Part shown: positions 21,822-34,002 of the stretch, in pieces
Position numbering within the stretch: position 1 is the first letter of the stretch
Layout of the letters: the number at the start of each line of letters is the position of its first letter
Assembly: GCA_000320545.1 (NCBI GenBank)
Contig: ADNK01000237.1
Coordinates: forward strand, 8,426-72,425
Source: Bigelowiella natans CCMP2755
Taxonomy: Eukaryota; Protista; Cercozoa
Direction: 5' to 3'
DNA: 64,000 nt
Position numbers and translations under genes: made by a program
Notes under the pieces: generated by a model
The model's database searches: none
Seen by the model: the letters and a program-made list of their open reading frames with translations, nothing else
Told to the model about the DNA's origin: nothing

Positions 21822-24800
21822 AAGGTCGCCGTACCGTTCGCTGTGTAAGTATGTGGCGAGCTCGATGGAGCTGCGTGTCCGAGTGACAGACGTTGGAGGA
21901 GACCAGGGAACGATGCTGGCTGTTGAGTACCAAGAGCAGCTGTTCCACCCGCTCACCGCTGCTGATACGCTCTCCCAATACATCCTCGTCCTCAGCCAGA
22001 TCACGAAGGGGGCAAACGGTGCGCCGAAGTCTCTCATGCACATAAGGTGAGGGAGAAGCGAGCGCGCGAGCAGAGGGGGGAAGAGCGTAATGGGATGGGG
22101 GAAATGGGGGTAGATGGAGAACGTGCCCCACGGTTGATGATTGTGCTACTACTACTACTACTACTACTACTAATCGACAGTCTTGTGACTCCGCGAGCTC
22201 GGCGGCTAGTCCCTTCTCCCACCTCCCCCCTGAACGCGGGATGGGAAGGCTCCATCGCCGCGTGCTTTGACAAATCGGCGGCACGGGTGCCAGAGCGCAC
22301 CGCAATCGTGTTCGAAGGCAAGAAGATATCCTACGAAACGCTTCAGAAGCTGGTGGATGCAGTGTGCTCTTCGCTTCTCTCCGCAGGAATACAGAAAGGC
22401 GACGTGGTTGGGCTTTACGGGCACCGCAGCCCAGCGGTCGTTTGGGCGATCATGGGCATATTGAAGGCGGGAGCTGCGTATACAATGATGGACCCAAAGT
22501 ACCCGCGTGAACGGATTGAGCTGTGCCTTGGGATTGCAGGAATCAAGGCTTTCATCCATCTTGAGGCTGCTGGAAAACTCGACCCTAAGCTCCAGAAGTA
22601 TCTGGAGAACAAGAAACTCAGTCTCTGCGGACCGCTACCGGCTGATCCGGACCCGGAGGCGGTTAGTCTGCTGCTACTTGCTCGCGGCGCTCTGGCATTT
22701 CGCACAAAGCCCCCGCGATATTTACCCCCGCAATCATACAACAACTATTTCTAACAGTCCGGATTTTTTGTGGACGTTCTCTAATATACCTCGAAATTTC
22801 GTCTTTGTTGCTGGTATCATCAGGTCCTTCGGCTACTAAAACCAAACGCCAAAGCTGCGTCGGCAAACGATGCGAAGACGAGCAGCTCAAATCCTCCATC
22901 CATTGATCCGTGGGACGTAGCTGTGGTAACCTTCACCAGCGGCTCCACTGGTATTCCAAAAGGAGTCCAGGGTCGCCACGCCTCCCTCACACACTTCTAT
23001 CCATGGATGGCGGAGCGTTTTGGCATCAGGGAGGATGATCGCTTTTCAATGTGAGGAGCTTGGATGATTATGATATTGAGGAATTCCGCCGGCGGTGGTG
23101 GTGCTGCTGATCGTGGGATTGATGATAAGATGAATGATGTGCGAGAATTGGAACGGCCACAGTGAAATTAATAATTACCTATTAATCCACACTTTCAAAA
23201 AAAATCCGAAACCAACCCTCCACACACAAAGTAGCTCATTCATTGGCAGCATCAATCAACATTACCATCCATATCATCATCATCCTCTCGAAACCCCCTT
23301 GCTCTACTACCACCAGGTGCTCCGGGATCGCTCACGACCCACTGCAGCGAGACATTTTCACACCGTTGTTCTTCGGTGCGGCTATTCACATCCCAACCGA
23401 CCTCGACATCGCAGAACCTGGCCGTCTGGCGCGATGGACGCACAAGGAGAAGATCACGATCTCCTGCTTCACGCCTGCTATGGGGCAGTTGCTGGTGAGA
23501 CAATTTTAGGATGTTGGGACGAAGAAGGAGGAGGAGGAGGAGGAGGAGCATTTAGGGAAGGGGGGGGATGCAAGGCTCCTCTATTGGTCGGCTTGGTTGT
23601 TGTCATATTCTTGAGCGTTCTCCCACCATCACACCATCACCATGGGCAATATCAGTCTTTAACACTGTCTTCGTCGTCGTCGTCATCGTCTCGTGTAGGT
23701 TTCAGGCGATAAGGCGTCCGCGCCTGTTCTGAGCGATTTCCGTTTGGCGTTCTTCGTGGGTGCCATGCTGGTCAAGCGCGACGTGCAGATGCTGCGCGCT
23801 CTTGCGCCGAACGTGCGCGTGATCAACATGTACGGGTCCACGGAGACGCAGCGTGCGGTCGGCTACCTCGAGATCGTCAGCGCGAACGAAGAAGCCAAGG
23901 GTGCCCCCACCGCTCGCCCAAGCGCGCAGTCGCACGCCACTGCGCAAGTGCCCATCAAGTCGTGCAAGGAGGTGATCCCAGTAGGCATTGGAATGCAGGA
24001 CGGTCAGATGCTCGCCATCAACAAGGCCGGCATCATTGCGGGTATTGGGGAGATGGCCGAGATCTACATGCGCTCGCCGCACATCGCCCTCGGATACATA
24101 GGGAAGCCAGAGGTCACCAAGGCGAGATTCCTGCCCAACCCGTTTGGAGGAACCGAGGCCGAGGAGAAGGACGGCGACCAGAGGTACGGGAAGCTGGGCG
24201 ATAGGATGTACAAGACAGGCGATCTGGGGCGTTATCGATACGACGGCTTCGTGGAGTGCTGCGGGCGCGCCGATGATCAGATTAAAATTCGCGGGTTCCG
24301 CGTGGAGCTAGGGGAGATCAACGCGACGCTCTCGCAGTGCCCTGGGCTACAGGACAACATCGTGATCGCAGTCGATGACACGATAGGCTCGAAGATGCTG
24401 GTCGGATACCTCGTGGCCGAACCAAAACCTGGCGTTCCCCCTCCAAAGCCACTCCCGCGCGGGGCCAAGCCGATTGTCCGTACCGACGACGATGCGCCCG
24501 CGCTCGCTCTCAAGGCTAAGAAGTTCTTGTCGAAGCGCCTGCCGCACTACATGGTTCCCACCTTCTTCGTCGTGCTAGAGGCCCTTCCCCTCACGGCCAA
24601 CGGGAAGATTAACACCCGCGCCCTCCCCCCACCGGAAAGGCGCTCCGGACCGCAGGGTGGGGATGGGGATGGCGAGGACCCTGCCACGCACAAGAAGTAC
24701 AAAGGAAAGCTCACGGACACGGAGAAGGCTTTGGTTAGGGCTTGGTCTGATGTCCTCAAGGTAGTATCTGTGATGATACAATAATAATCATAGCAATTAT

Positions 24801-26859
24801 GCTATAACAATAATGGTGGCGGTGGTGATAATTACGTACATACATTACCACGATGGTAGTAACGCTGCTGCTCGCCGTCGTGACTAGGTATATTTTTCTA
24901 AACACGCATTCGTTGTTGATTACAGGTGCATGCTCCTGGGCTTGATGAGGGGTTCTTCGACCTTGGGGGCCATTCTCTTGCCGCAACTCAGCTGACGTTG
25001 CAGATGCGCGAGGCTCTCCCGCACCTGAGCATCCCGATGGACTTACTTTTCAGGCACCCGACGATCAAGGCTCTCGCGGCTGCTCTCGACAACGACGATG
25101 GAGACGAGAAACAACAGGCGCGGCAGCAGCTCAATCTGGCAGCGGAAGCGGAAAACGTGGCTAAGGAGTGCCTCAAGGACGTGGGCACCAACGTAAACAA
25201 AAACGGGATCTGCACTACTCCTTTATCCGAGGCTACCGGCGTTCTTCTCACAGGTGCTACAGGCTTCTTGGGCGCTTTCCTGGCCAGAGAGCTCCTTCGC
25301 CGTACCTCTCCTACTACCACCATATTTTGTGCCGCTCGGGGGCGTGACCTGGAGGCTGTGGAGCAACGTGTGAGGAATAACCTCCGGAACCATTGCATTG
25401 ATCTGAGCGACGAGGACGCCAAGCGTCTACGACCGGTTGTCTGTGACCTTTCGAAGCCATTGCTGGGTATGGAGGCTGCAGCGTTCGAGACACTCGCACA
25501 GAAAGTGCAGGCTATAGTACACAATGGCGCATACGTCCACTGGCTGCTGCCCTACGACAGGCTCAAGCCGACAAACGTGCTTGGAACGCACGCCGTTCTG
25601 AAGCTGGCCTCCCTGGCCCCCAAGATCGCAGCTGTCCACTACGTCTCCACCACTAGCGTCTTCGATGACGCGCACCACGCCAAGCAGGCGACGGTGGCGG
25701 AGGATGATACTCTGCAGGAGTGGAAGGGGCTGAGCGGTGGTTATCCGCAGTCCAAGTGGATGGCAGAGCGCCTGCTCATGGCCGCCGCCAAAGACGCTGG
25801 GGTACCTGTGGCGATCTACCGACCTGGCTACGTGACGGGAGACTGCGAGAAGGGACTGTGGAACACGGACGATTTCCAGGTGTCGACGTCGTCTGAATCG
25901 CCTGCTTGCCTGCTACTAATTGCGGGGTTGTGAGCTGAGGAGTGTGTAATGCTGTCGTTAATGGCGGTGCTCCCATGTGAGGATGCCGGCGACTAGCAGC
26001 AGACAACTCTTGTGCATGCGTGTTGTTATGACTCATCGTTACGCTGCGTGAGAGTATATATAAGTGAGTTTTGTAAGAATCGTATCTGCACAATAAGAGA
26101 TGCTGATCGGTTGTGCTTAATACCCTTTTCTCACATCTTCGCGGAGGTATTCTAATACCCCCACTCTCTCATGATGATTGCTTTCAACCTCATCAGGTGC
26201 GTTTGATCAAGGGCTGTATACAGCTGGGAGCATGCCCCTTCATGAGCGAGAAGGATACCGATGGCCGCCTAATCGGACTTGACGCCTCTCCCGTGGACTA
26301 CGTCGCCGAAGCCATCGTGCACATCGCGGGCCAAGTGGAATTTTCGAAGGGCAAGGAAGGGGATGTAGTAGCCCACAAGGCGTTCAATATCGTCAACCCT
26401 TCGCCGTACCCATACGCTGCTCTTTACAATAAATTGGCGAGCTTCGGGTATAAAATTGAGGCCATTCCCTACGAAAAATGGAGGCAGCGGCTGCAAGAAG
26501 CCGTTCGTGGTTCGGCGAGTGGAGGGTCTAAAGAGGCCAATCCCCTCGCAGCCGTTATCACCAACTTCTCCGAGGGGTGGGCAGCCGGACTTCCGAACCC
26601 AAGTTACGACATGAAAAATGCTAACGCGCTCCTCGCCAACTCCAAATCCAACATCAAGCGTTGGTCGGATGAAGAGGGAAAGGTGCAGCAGCGATCCATC
26701 GCCTGCCCGAGCATCGATGAGCTGGTGCAGGTGTACCTGGCTTATCTCATAGCATGCGAGTTTCTACCCAAGCCGCCTTCTGGCAGCGCAGGCGACAAGG
26801 TTGACTGGGCCAAGATGTGTCAGGGAGTCGCAAGGCTGAGCCGCAGTAACCGCACGTGA
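19547..26859 (+). CDS. LYS2: NRPS-like C*-A-T-R enzyme, L-2-aminoadipate reductase (Lys2)-like
   Basis: A domain with Lys2 signatures (FTSGSTGIPKGVQGRH, SGIAHDPLQRDIFTPLFFGA, TPAMGQLL, INMYGSTETQRAV, YKTGDLGRY, DQIKIRGFRVELGEI, LPLTANGK); T domain GFFDLGGHSL; thioester reductase TGATGFLG...VHNGAYVHW...GYPQSKW; N-terminal degenerate C domain. The 5' exons and start codon are approximate. Confidence 0.88.
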
Positions 26860-26998
26860 GCGAGACCAACGCGAATAAGGCAGTATATATTGCAGGCGTT
26901 GCGTATCCTAAGTATCATTGAGTCTACTGGCTCTCGTTTATGACGTACATGAGGCCATTACACATAGCCATGCTGACATAATTCATAGCTAAATGTAA

Positions 26999-27029
<31 letters not shown>

Positions 27030-27827
27030 CATACATAGATTTAATATTAGCGCTGTAGCCGCTACATTGCACAGCTACATAAGGATGACTATTGAGCAAA
27101 ATTTCATTTTATCCGTCTTATACATACATACATATCTTCGGTACTTCGTATTGACTTAGATCAACTAAATCTTTTATTATAAATCGGCATATTGGTCTAT
27201 GATATGCTAGCTCGATGACTAGCTAAGCCTTTGTTTCACCGTGTGGGATGATTAGCATGTCTAGCTAGCTAGATGCATGTGCGCGTGATGCGACTGCTAG
27301 CTTATGATACGATAAATATGTAGGAACATATAGTTGTTTGCGTGTGCAGCCATATCTAGCATGTAGCTACTACAGGGTAGATATGTGTGACTATGAAGCA
27401 CTAGATACATAGCTGACTTAACACAAATATGCGAAATACAATATACATTAAATACATATGCCTAGATGCTTATGGCGGGTGTAGCGTAGCTAGCGATACA
27501 ACATACTAGCATGCATATGACTCCGCTACAGTAGCGCTATGTAGTTAATTATCTATCGCTTTGGCCAAATGTATAGTTGTCTGCTCAGAGCTACTAAATA
27601 CCATGTGAGACACGAAAAGGAAGAGAAACGTTTCATAGACTTGGTCTGACAGATGGAATGCTCACTATCATGCGATCGAGGAGGTGAAAGTATCTGTTTT
27701 ACATTTCGATTTCACCATGCTAGCATGGTAGAGCTAGAGAAATTGGCAATAGGGATACCTTTTGTACCTTCCTTGAATATCTCTCCCATGTTGATCACAA
27801 CTTTATTACGAAAATACTGTACTGCCA

Positions 27828-28313
27828 TTAATGAGCGTTTTGCTGGTCGAGTGGACGATTGAAGCCTCCTCGGCGGTTCATATACTGTCTGTATTTTCTC
27901 TGTACTTTGATTCTAGCAGCACCCTTATCGTTTCCCTTCACCTTTTTCCCTTTGGTTGAGTCAAATCCCACTGGAAAGCCCATTGCCTTCATAGCCTCGA
28001 GTTCATCCATATCTGCAGGAATAGTCATCTTCCTCTCAGCATCTTGCTTTGCCTTCTTCTTCTTCTTCTTGTCGCGTTTTTCCTTCGCCCTTGCTGCACG
28101 CTCCCCAAAAGGAACAACCTCTCGTCTCCCTCGCTCCCTGGAGCGGCTTCTACGGCGGCGGTCATCTCCTTCACGGTCGCGGTACCTCCCTCCTCTATCC
28201 CTGTCATATTCACGATCGTAGCGATCATCTTTGCTGTCATAATCGCGGTCTCTCTCGCGATAACGGTCCCGCCCTCGGCCCCGCTCAGGTGAACGAGAGT
28301 CGTCCCGTGGCAT
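27828..28313 (-). CDS. SNRNP27: U4/U6.U5 tri-snRNP 27 kDa protein
   Basis: RS/RD-rich N-terminus and the conserved C-terminus [18 protein letters not shown]...[18 protein letters not shown]. Intronless. Confidence 0.97.
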   Translation of the reverse strand: MPRDDSRSPERGRGRDRYRERDRDYDSKDDRYDREYDRDRGGRYRDREGDDRRRRSRSRERGRREVVPFGERAARAKEKRDKKKKKKAKQDAERKMTIPADMDELEAMKAMGFPVGFDSTKGKKVKGNDKGAARIKVQRKYRQYMNRRGGFNRPLDQQNAH

Positions 28314-28687
28314 CTACGTTAGAATTTTCTGGTCCTCGTGGAAGAGAAGGAGTTTTGAAAGAGGGGTTAGAAGAAGAAGAAAGAGATGGGGTGGGAGCGA
28401 CACCGGAGTACAAGTTCCCCTGTTCAGTTGCGAGATGTAAAACGCCGGGGAGTTCTTCTCTACGACAAAGTATAAAATAAAATAATATTAATCCCCTATA
28501 CTATATTAGTACGACAATCCGATTAAACAAGTCGCAGCTGGAAAGGTAACCTCATCACTAAACTGAGTTTCGGAACTCCTTCACTGGCACTCAAGGCGAA
28601 GAGCGTAGTTTCTGTGCAAGTGGAGCTGAGGGGGAGAAATGTGGTGAATCTTTCCTAAGCGATCGACAGGTGCTAGCTCCGCAAACT

Positions 28688-29089
28688 ATGCGTATAGTGA
28701 TGAAGTCGATGGCGCGCGCATTTGGTGGAGGTTTTAAAACCAAGGAATGGAAGGTTGCTGTGCATCCATCTCTTTACTTCGCACGATGCTTCTCATCGTC
28801 GCCACCGGAACCATCTGCGGAGGAGATTGCGGCCCATGATCCTTATCGAGGTGGGGAACAGGAAATAAATGGCAATCCCGTAGACATCACCGATAATCTA
28901 CGCAAACGTCAGGGACAGGTGTCAGAATTCACGGCTAATAAGTCGAAGACTCCAGTAGTAAATGCTTTGTTTCTGCAGGTTTTTACATCAAAATCTTATG
29001 AGCAAGGATGGAATCGGATATTTAGGAAACAAGAGAAGCCTAAGGATGCAAGTGATGCAAACAGCTCATCTCCAGGCTCGGGACGATGA
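28688..29089 (+). CDS. Small mitochondrion-targeted protein of unknown function
   Basis: Basic amphipathic presequence ending ARCFSSS (R-3-like cleavage site). Probable 60-nt in-frame intron at 28919-28978. C-terminal SKSYEQGWNRIFRK motif. Confidence 0.7.
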   Translation: MRIVMKSMARAFGGGFKTKEWKVAVHPSLYFARCFSSSPPEPSAEEIAAHDPYRGGEQEINGNPVDITDNLRKRQGQVSEFTANKSKTPVVNALFLQVFTSKSYEQGWNRIFRKQEKPKDASDANSSSPGSGR

Positions 29090-29396
29090 CATGAGAACCA
29101 ATAACTAAAATCACATACATAATAGCATTGATCAGTGTACATCTTCGAAGAAGATTGAAAATGTGATGAGCAGACACTCTCAACTAAACCCTCTAAGGAG
29201 TCGTACGTTCGAGTGTATTTATCGATAGATGGAATCCTCTCAGTCAGTGCATCGTTTACCTGCTCAGATCATTCCCTCACCCTCGATTCTAAATTTCGGT
29301 GCTTACTTACATCTTTGTTTCTGCATGACGGACAAAACAACACTTGCCTTCTACAACTGTGCTTAACAATAAGATAATAGACACAGACACAGCAAT

Positions 29397-29399
<3 letters not shown>

Positions 29400-29470
<71 letters not shown>
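29400..29470. repeat. (TA)n microsatellite
   Basis: Pure TA run of ~70 bp. Confidence 0.95.
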
Positions 29471-29474
<4 letters not shown>

Positions 29475-29569
29475 TGTCTATCATTAAGTATATTTCAATC
29501 GTGCGATCACATCGCCATCAAATATATATAATGCAATATATATCAGCGCACGTAGGAAACAATGATTTT

Positions 29570-29663
29570 CACATAGATGAGTATATCACGATCCACAACT
29601 TTGCATCGTCTATAGTCACATAGATGAGTATATCACGATCCACAACTTTGCATCGTCTATAGT
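29570..29663. repeat. Perfect 47-bp tandem duplication
   Basis: cacatagatgagtatatcacgatccacaactttgcatcgtctatagt x2 (29570-29616, 29617-29663). Confidence 0.95.
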
Positions 29664-30227
29664 ATATGGCACATATGTACTCCGTAATGATGCGGCGAGG
29701 CCACTGAACAGCCACATCCACCACGCTACTATTAGCACGGTGCACATGTAATAATAAGCGGTCAAGTTTGGTGTTTAGGCACAACGTCTGGACACAGCGT
29801 ATAGCATCTAGAGTGTGTTTATAGTTCCATGTAACATGTTAGGTGGATGTAATGATATGAATAAATATTTTCTATGTGGTCATCCTATAATGTACATAGA
29901 TAGATAGCTATATTGTGAAGCGCAGCGTGCTATGCACATCTTACATGCACCGTATGAATAACTATATAGATAACACATGACACATCTAGGCATCTAGACA
30001 CACAAATTGTGTACGCGCATATGCACAACTTAGCTTCGTGCAATTCAGGTGTAGACGGCGTAGTCTATGATTATTACGAATCACTAGATGTTTTGCTACG
30101 ACACAATTATGATAAAGGAATAGCGGAAATATTGCACACGCCAAATAGCATGGCAGAGCAGCTGCTGTTGGATTCTAATACCAATACTGTTGTATAGATG
30201 CTCCTCCTTCACACCAGATCTCGGTTA

Positions 30228-33219
30228 TCAATTTTCGAACCATGTGACGCAGTGCTTTCGAGCATTACCCTCGAAGTCAGTAAAATTTTCGCGCCCGTGC
30301 AGCACTCTGTAGTTATCGAGGAGCACAATATCTCCAGGCTGCATGGCGACCTTGTGAAGGTTCTTTCGGGTGATGTCGTCTATGTGCTGTACGTCTTGAG
30401 CAGCGATAGTGCTCAGATCACCGTAGTACACATCAGCTCGAGCGATCTCAACAAGACTGTAGATAAAGCCAAAAATCGATGAGACTCTAGGATAATAAGT
30501 GAGCGTCTATGCTTATGTGTGTGTGTACTCTAAAGAGAGCATACAGAAGCTCGTTAATAACTCAGAATAGAAGCCAACGATAACACCTGTTAGGCCTGCG
30601 GTCCGAAAGGTAGCGAGCATGGTTGTGGATATTGCAGAACCAGAGAGGGTCGCCGGTCTTAGGATGACGATTAAGCTGAAGGAGGAGCAGATGAGAACAA
30701 ACTCAACCAACTAGCATTTATCACGACTAAAACAGGAGCAGAAAGCAGGGTATTACATATCTCGATCTTACTCACAAACTATAGAGTCTGAGTACCGGAG
30801 ACTGGCGAGGCTCCAGACCTCCGAAACGTGGAACACCCTCGTAGTCGTCGAGAACAAAGAAGTCCAACTCGTATTTTTCCATAAGGTCAGCGGTTGGGCC
30901 TGGCATCACCTTCGCTGCGCCTGATTCATGGATAATATTATTCAGCATTGGAATTCTATATCACCCATCTCATCCTTATGCTCATGTCTTTTGGTTCTGG
31001 GAACATACGAATGAAACTCAATACCTTCGAAAGCTCCAGCCAGCATGTTGCGGGGGACGATGTTCGCTAGGGGTCCTGCAGGGAGGCCGACCACCTTGAT
31101 TCGGACGTCCTTGTCATAAAACCTCTGCACAACATCTTGATCCAAATCGAAGAACATTTTGCGTCCATCGAGAAGAGTAAACTCACCGCCGACGCTGATT
31201 TTGGTGATGAATCATTAATGAGATGATTTTGTTGTAATAATTCGGAATATAATAAGAAGGGCTAGTAACAGGGCTACAGCGACCATTTTGTTGGATAGGA
31301 GCAATATATATTCATTCGCTCATCGGCATCCGATATAGTTCTGTTACCAAAACTAACCTTGCAGGATTCCCACACCAGAAAGCTCCTGACACAGGGCCGA
31401 GAGTATGTGTGCACTCCGTGTGCATGCCAACGTAGTGAGTTGGGTTCTGAAGTCCGCAACACACACACCCACACACACAGTGATTATCCATCGAACTGCA
31501 TCCTGTCTACACTTATCGTCTACTTATTCCCCTCTCGAAGCTAAAGAACCTGGTTAAAAGTGAACTTGATCTCCTTGTCAGCGTTCTTTCTCAAGAAGGT
31601 GCCTTCCAGAGGATCTTCGCAGGATGAAAAACCTAGGGCCTTGTAGGCATCCCTGTATCCGTCCATGGTCATCGTGGACTCAAATCTAGTTTTTTAGAAG
31701 GAAGAGGGAAGAAAATAAATGGCAGACGAGGAGATGATAAGGACCATAAGGACCCAAATAAAGCAGCTCAGACATGTCGTTTAAAGAAGAGATGGGGACA
31801 AGGCCATGTAAACAACAAACGGAAATGATGACGACGACGAAGATGACGACGACAGATAAGGCCACGAGACTAACCCTCTGAAAACAAGCGCTCCGTGCTT
31901 CAGCATCAGCTGGCGAACCTGATAATAAGACGATGCGATGAAGGGGTAGCAAAGATTAAAGAGGGATTAGACCCCGAAAAATTTAACGGGGTGCTTCTCA
32001 ATCTCCTCAACTCTCAAGAATTCCAGGGAGCATGAAGGTCCAGCAAATGCCCATTTACCAAGTCTTTCTTTTCTCCAATAGCTTCTGCAGTAGCATCCGC
32101 TGGGAGGTTGAGGTCCTCGGGAGAGATGTAGAGGGGAAATTCAACATCAAGATCCTGAAGAATATCGGTATCAGCAACAGCATTAGCATTAGGAATAGCA
32201 TCAATAGCAGCGACTTTAACACAAAAAGAAGACACGGTTTCCTTTCATCATGATCTAAGTACTTCTCTGACTGACCGCAGGAGGGTTAGCCCTCAACGCT
32301 GGAATGTCCATATCCTTTGAGTTCCACATAGTAGCAGGGCAGGGGCGGGAGCCGGTGCCTTTGCTCACAAACTGAGGGTAAATTTTCAAATTAATTCCAT
32401 TTTTTCTTGCGCTCACCAAGAGCAGTACCTGATCAATTAGATCCTTGTTCCTTCCCACATAGTCAACGAAAGATTCGGATGACTTCTTCTTCTCGTCTTC
32501 CACAGTTGATCTGCAGATCTGAGCGAACATCGGAGAATCAGTCTCCGCTGGAAGAAGTAATATTTCATTTGAATTCATACCATTTTCCCATTTATCCTTC
32601 CCCGAGGCCTTGTTCCAGCAGGACATACTAGTGAGTTCCTCGCGACGGTTGAGCGCGAAAGGGTAGATGCCAAACCTCCATTACCATACTGAGGAGAAAA
32701 ACGTGACATGACACATACCACGTGAAGCAATTAGGTGGGAGCTGTTTGTTAGATAATCTACATACAGTATCGATGGCTAGCAAGTTAATAATCGTCATCT
32801 CAATCTTAAGTTGTTGCATCGAATTCCAACGTCCCCCCAGGGGAATGAAGAATGTTCGATCGTCGTGCCCTACGGGTACCTTAGCTGCATCTCTCTTTTG
32901 TGCTCTCTACTATTTCGCTTATCAACATCTCCCAATTCTCTCTACTATGATAAAAGTTTTTATTATCGAATTTGATATGTATTCGTGGTAAAGATTTCAG
33001 CCGTTAATGCTTGAAGGAGACGTGATGACTCTCACACTTCCGAACTAAAGCAAAGCGAGCAAAATATGTTAAAAAACTCTCAGGGTCGTGGACCTGTGTG
33101 AAGGAGAGCGTCACAGTGAAAACTGCGGCCGCAACAAGGCCGAGACCAAGCAGAGCCCGCACGGTTCGAGACTGCGTGCGGCGACGAAGTGGTGCTGGTG
33201 CAAAGGGGGGAGCCATCAT
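30228..33219 (-). CDS. TauD/TfdA-family 2-oxoglutarate/Fe(II) dioxygenase with probable plastid presequence, multi-exon
   Basis: Exons encode VGMHTEC (HxE)...GAFWC, GGEFTLLDGRKMF and MQPGDIVLLDNYRVLHGRENF. The N-terminus has a basic region plus a hydrophobic segment (ALLGLGLVAAAVFTVTLSF). Confidence 0.8.
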
Positions 33220-34002
33220 CGTTGCGGATAGCCAACCGTGGTGTCGACGTGTCCGCAAAATCCTTCTCAGAACCAAAAATGTTGATGTCGCACATATGAA
33301 TTGCCTTCATAAGTCACTATAGTGTTCTATTTTGGACCATAAAGTGAGAAAATGTGTGGTTTCATGTTCGAAATTGGGCCAAATTGGTGCAATCGTCTTG
33401 TTCATATTCAGACCATAGCCATCGGGTACCCCTCGTACTATTTTCAGCCCAAAATTAATCAAAGTGATTTCTTTACGACTTCTACAATGTGTTGTCGTAC
33501 AATTATAAAGAAAGTAATTGACCTACAGAAAATGCAAATGACCGGTGATTTTTGACCTAGATTCTCACTCTATCCTCACCTCTGGATCCAAAGCCGCCTT
33601 AAGGCAGAAGCGGCCCAATCTTTCCATGCTGCCCAAAAAAAGGAAGTTCGCAATATTTTCAGGTCTCTGGTGCATAAATCAAAGGCATTGATCCGGGAGA
33701 AGGAGCCAAAAGAGTTGCCTTCAAATAACTTAAAAAAAACAAAAGATGTATGGATATGCTGCTACTAACGCCAGAATATCCGGGATTGCGATCACTCGGA
33801 AGCTACATTTCTGAGCCGGAATCCAAATTTTGTACAACCATCGCGTCAGGCCCCGAGTATTCAATTTTATTAGATGTTCTTCCGATAAAAGTCTTCCTGA
33901 AAGAATATTTTTAGCAGAACAGTATTTAGAACACTTTCTAGTCGACACATAGCGAACACAGAACCAACACCCCATTCGAAAACCGTTAACGGTCGGATCG
34001 TC

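Noticed and set aside
13479-29663. CRISPR-like arrays from the direct repeats at 13479-13620 and 29570-29663
   Set aside because: Only two copies each, no unique spacers in series, no cas genes, eukaryotic context. These are simple local duplications.
17931-33219. Biosynthetic gene cluster (NRPS-like + SDR + TauD dioxygenase)
   Set aside because: Housekeeping genes (SNRNP27, a mitochondrial microprotein) intervene, the TauD protein seems plastid-targeted, and the NRPS-like gene has primary-metabolism Lys2 signatures.
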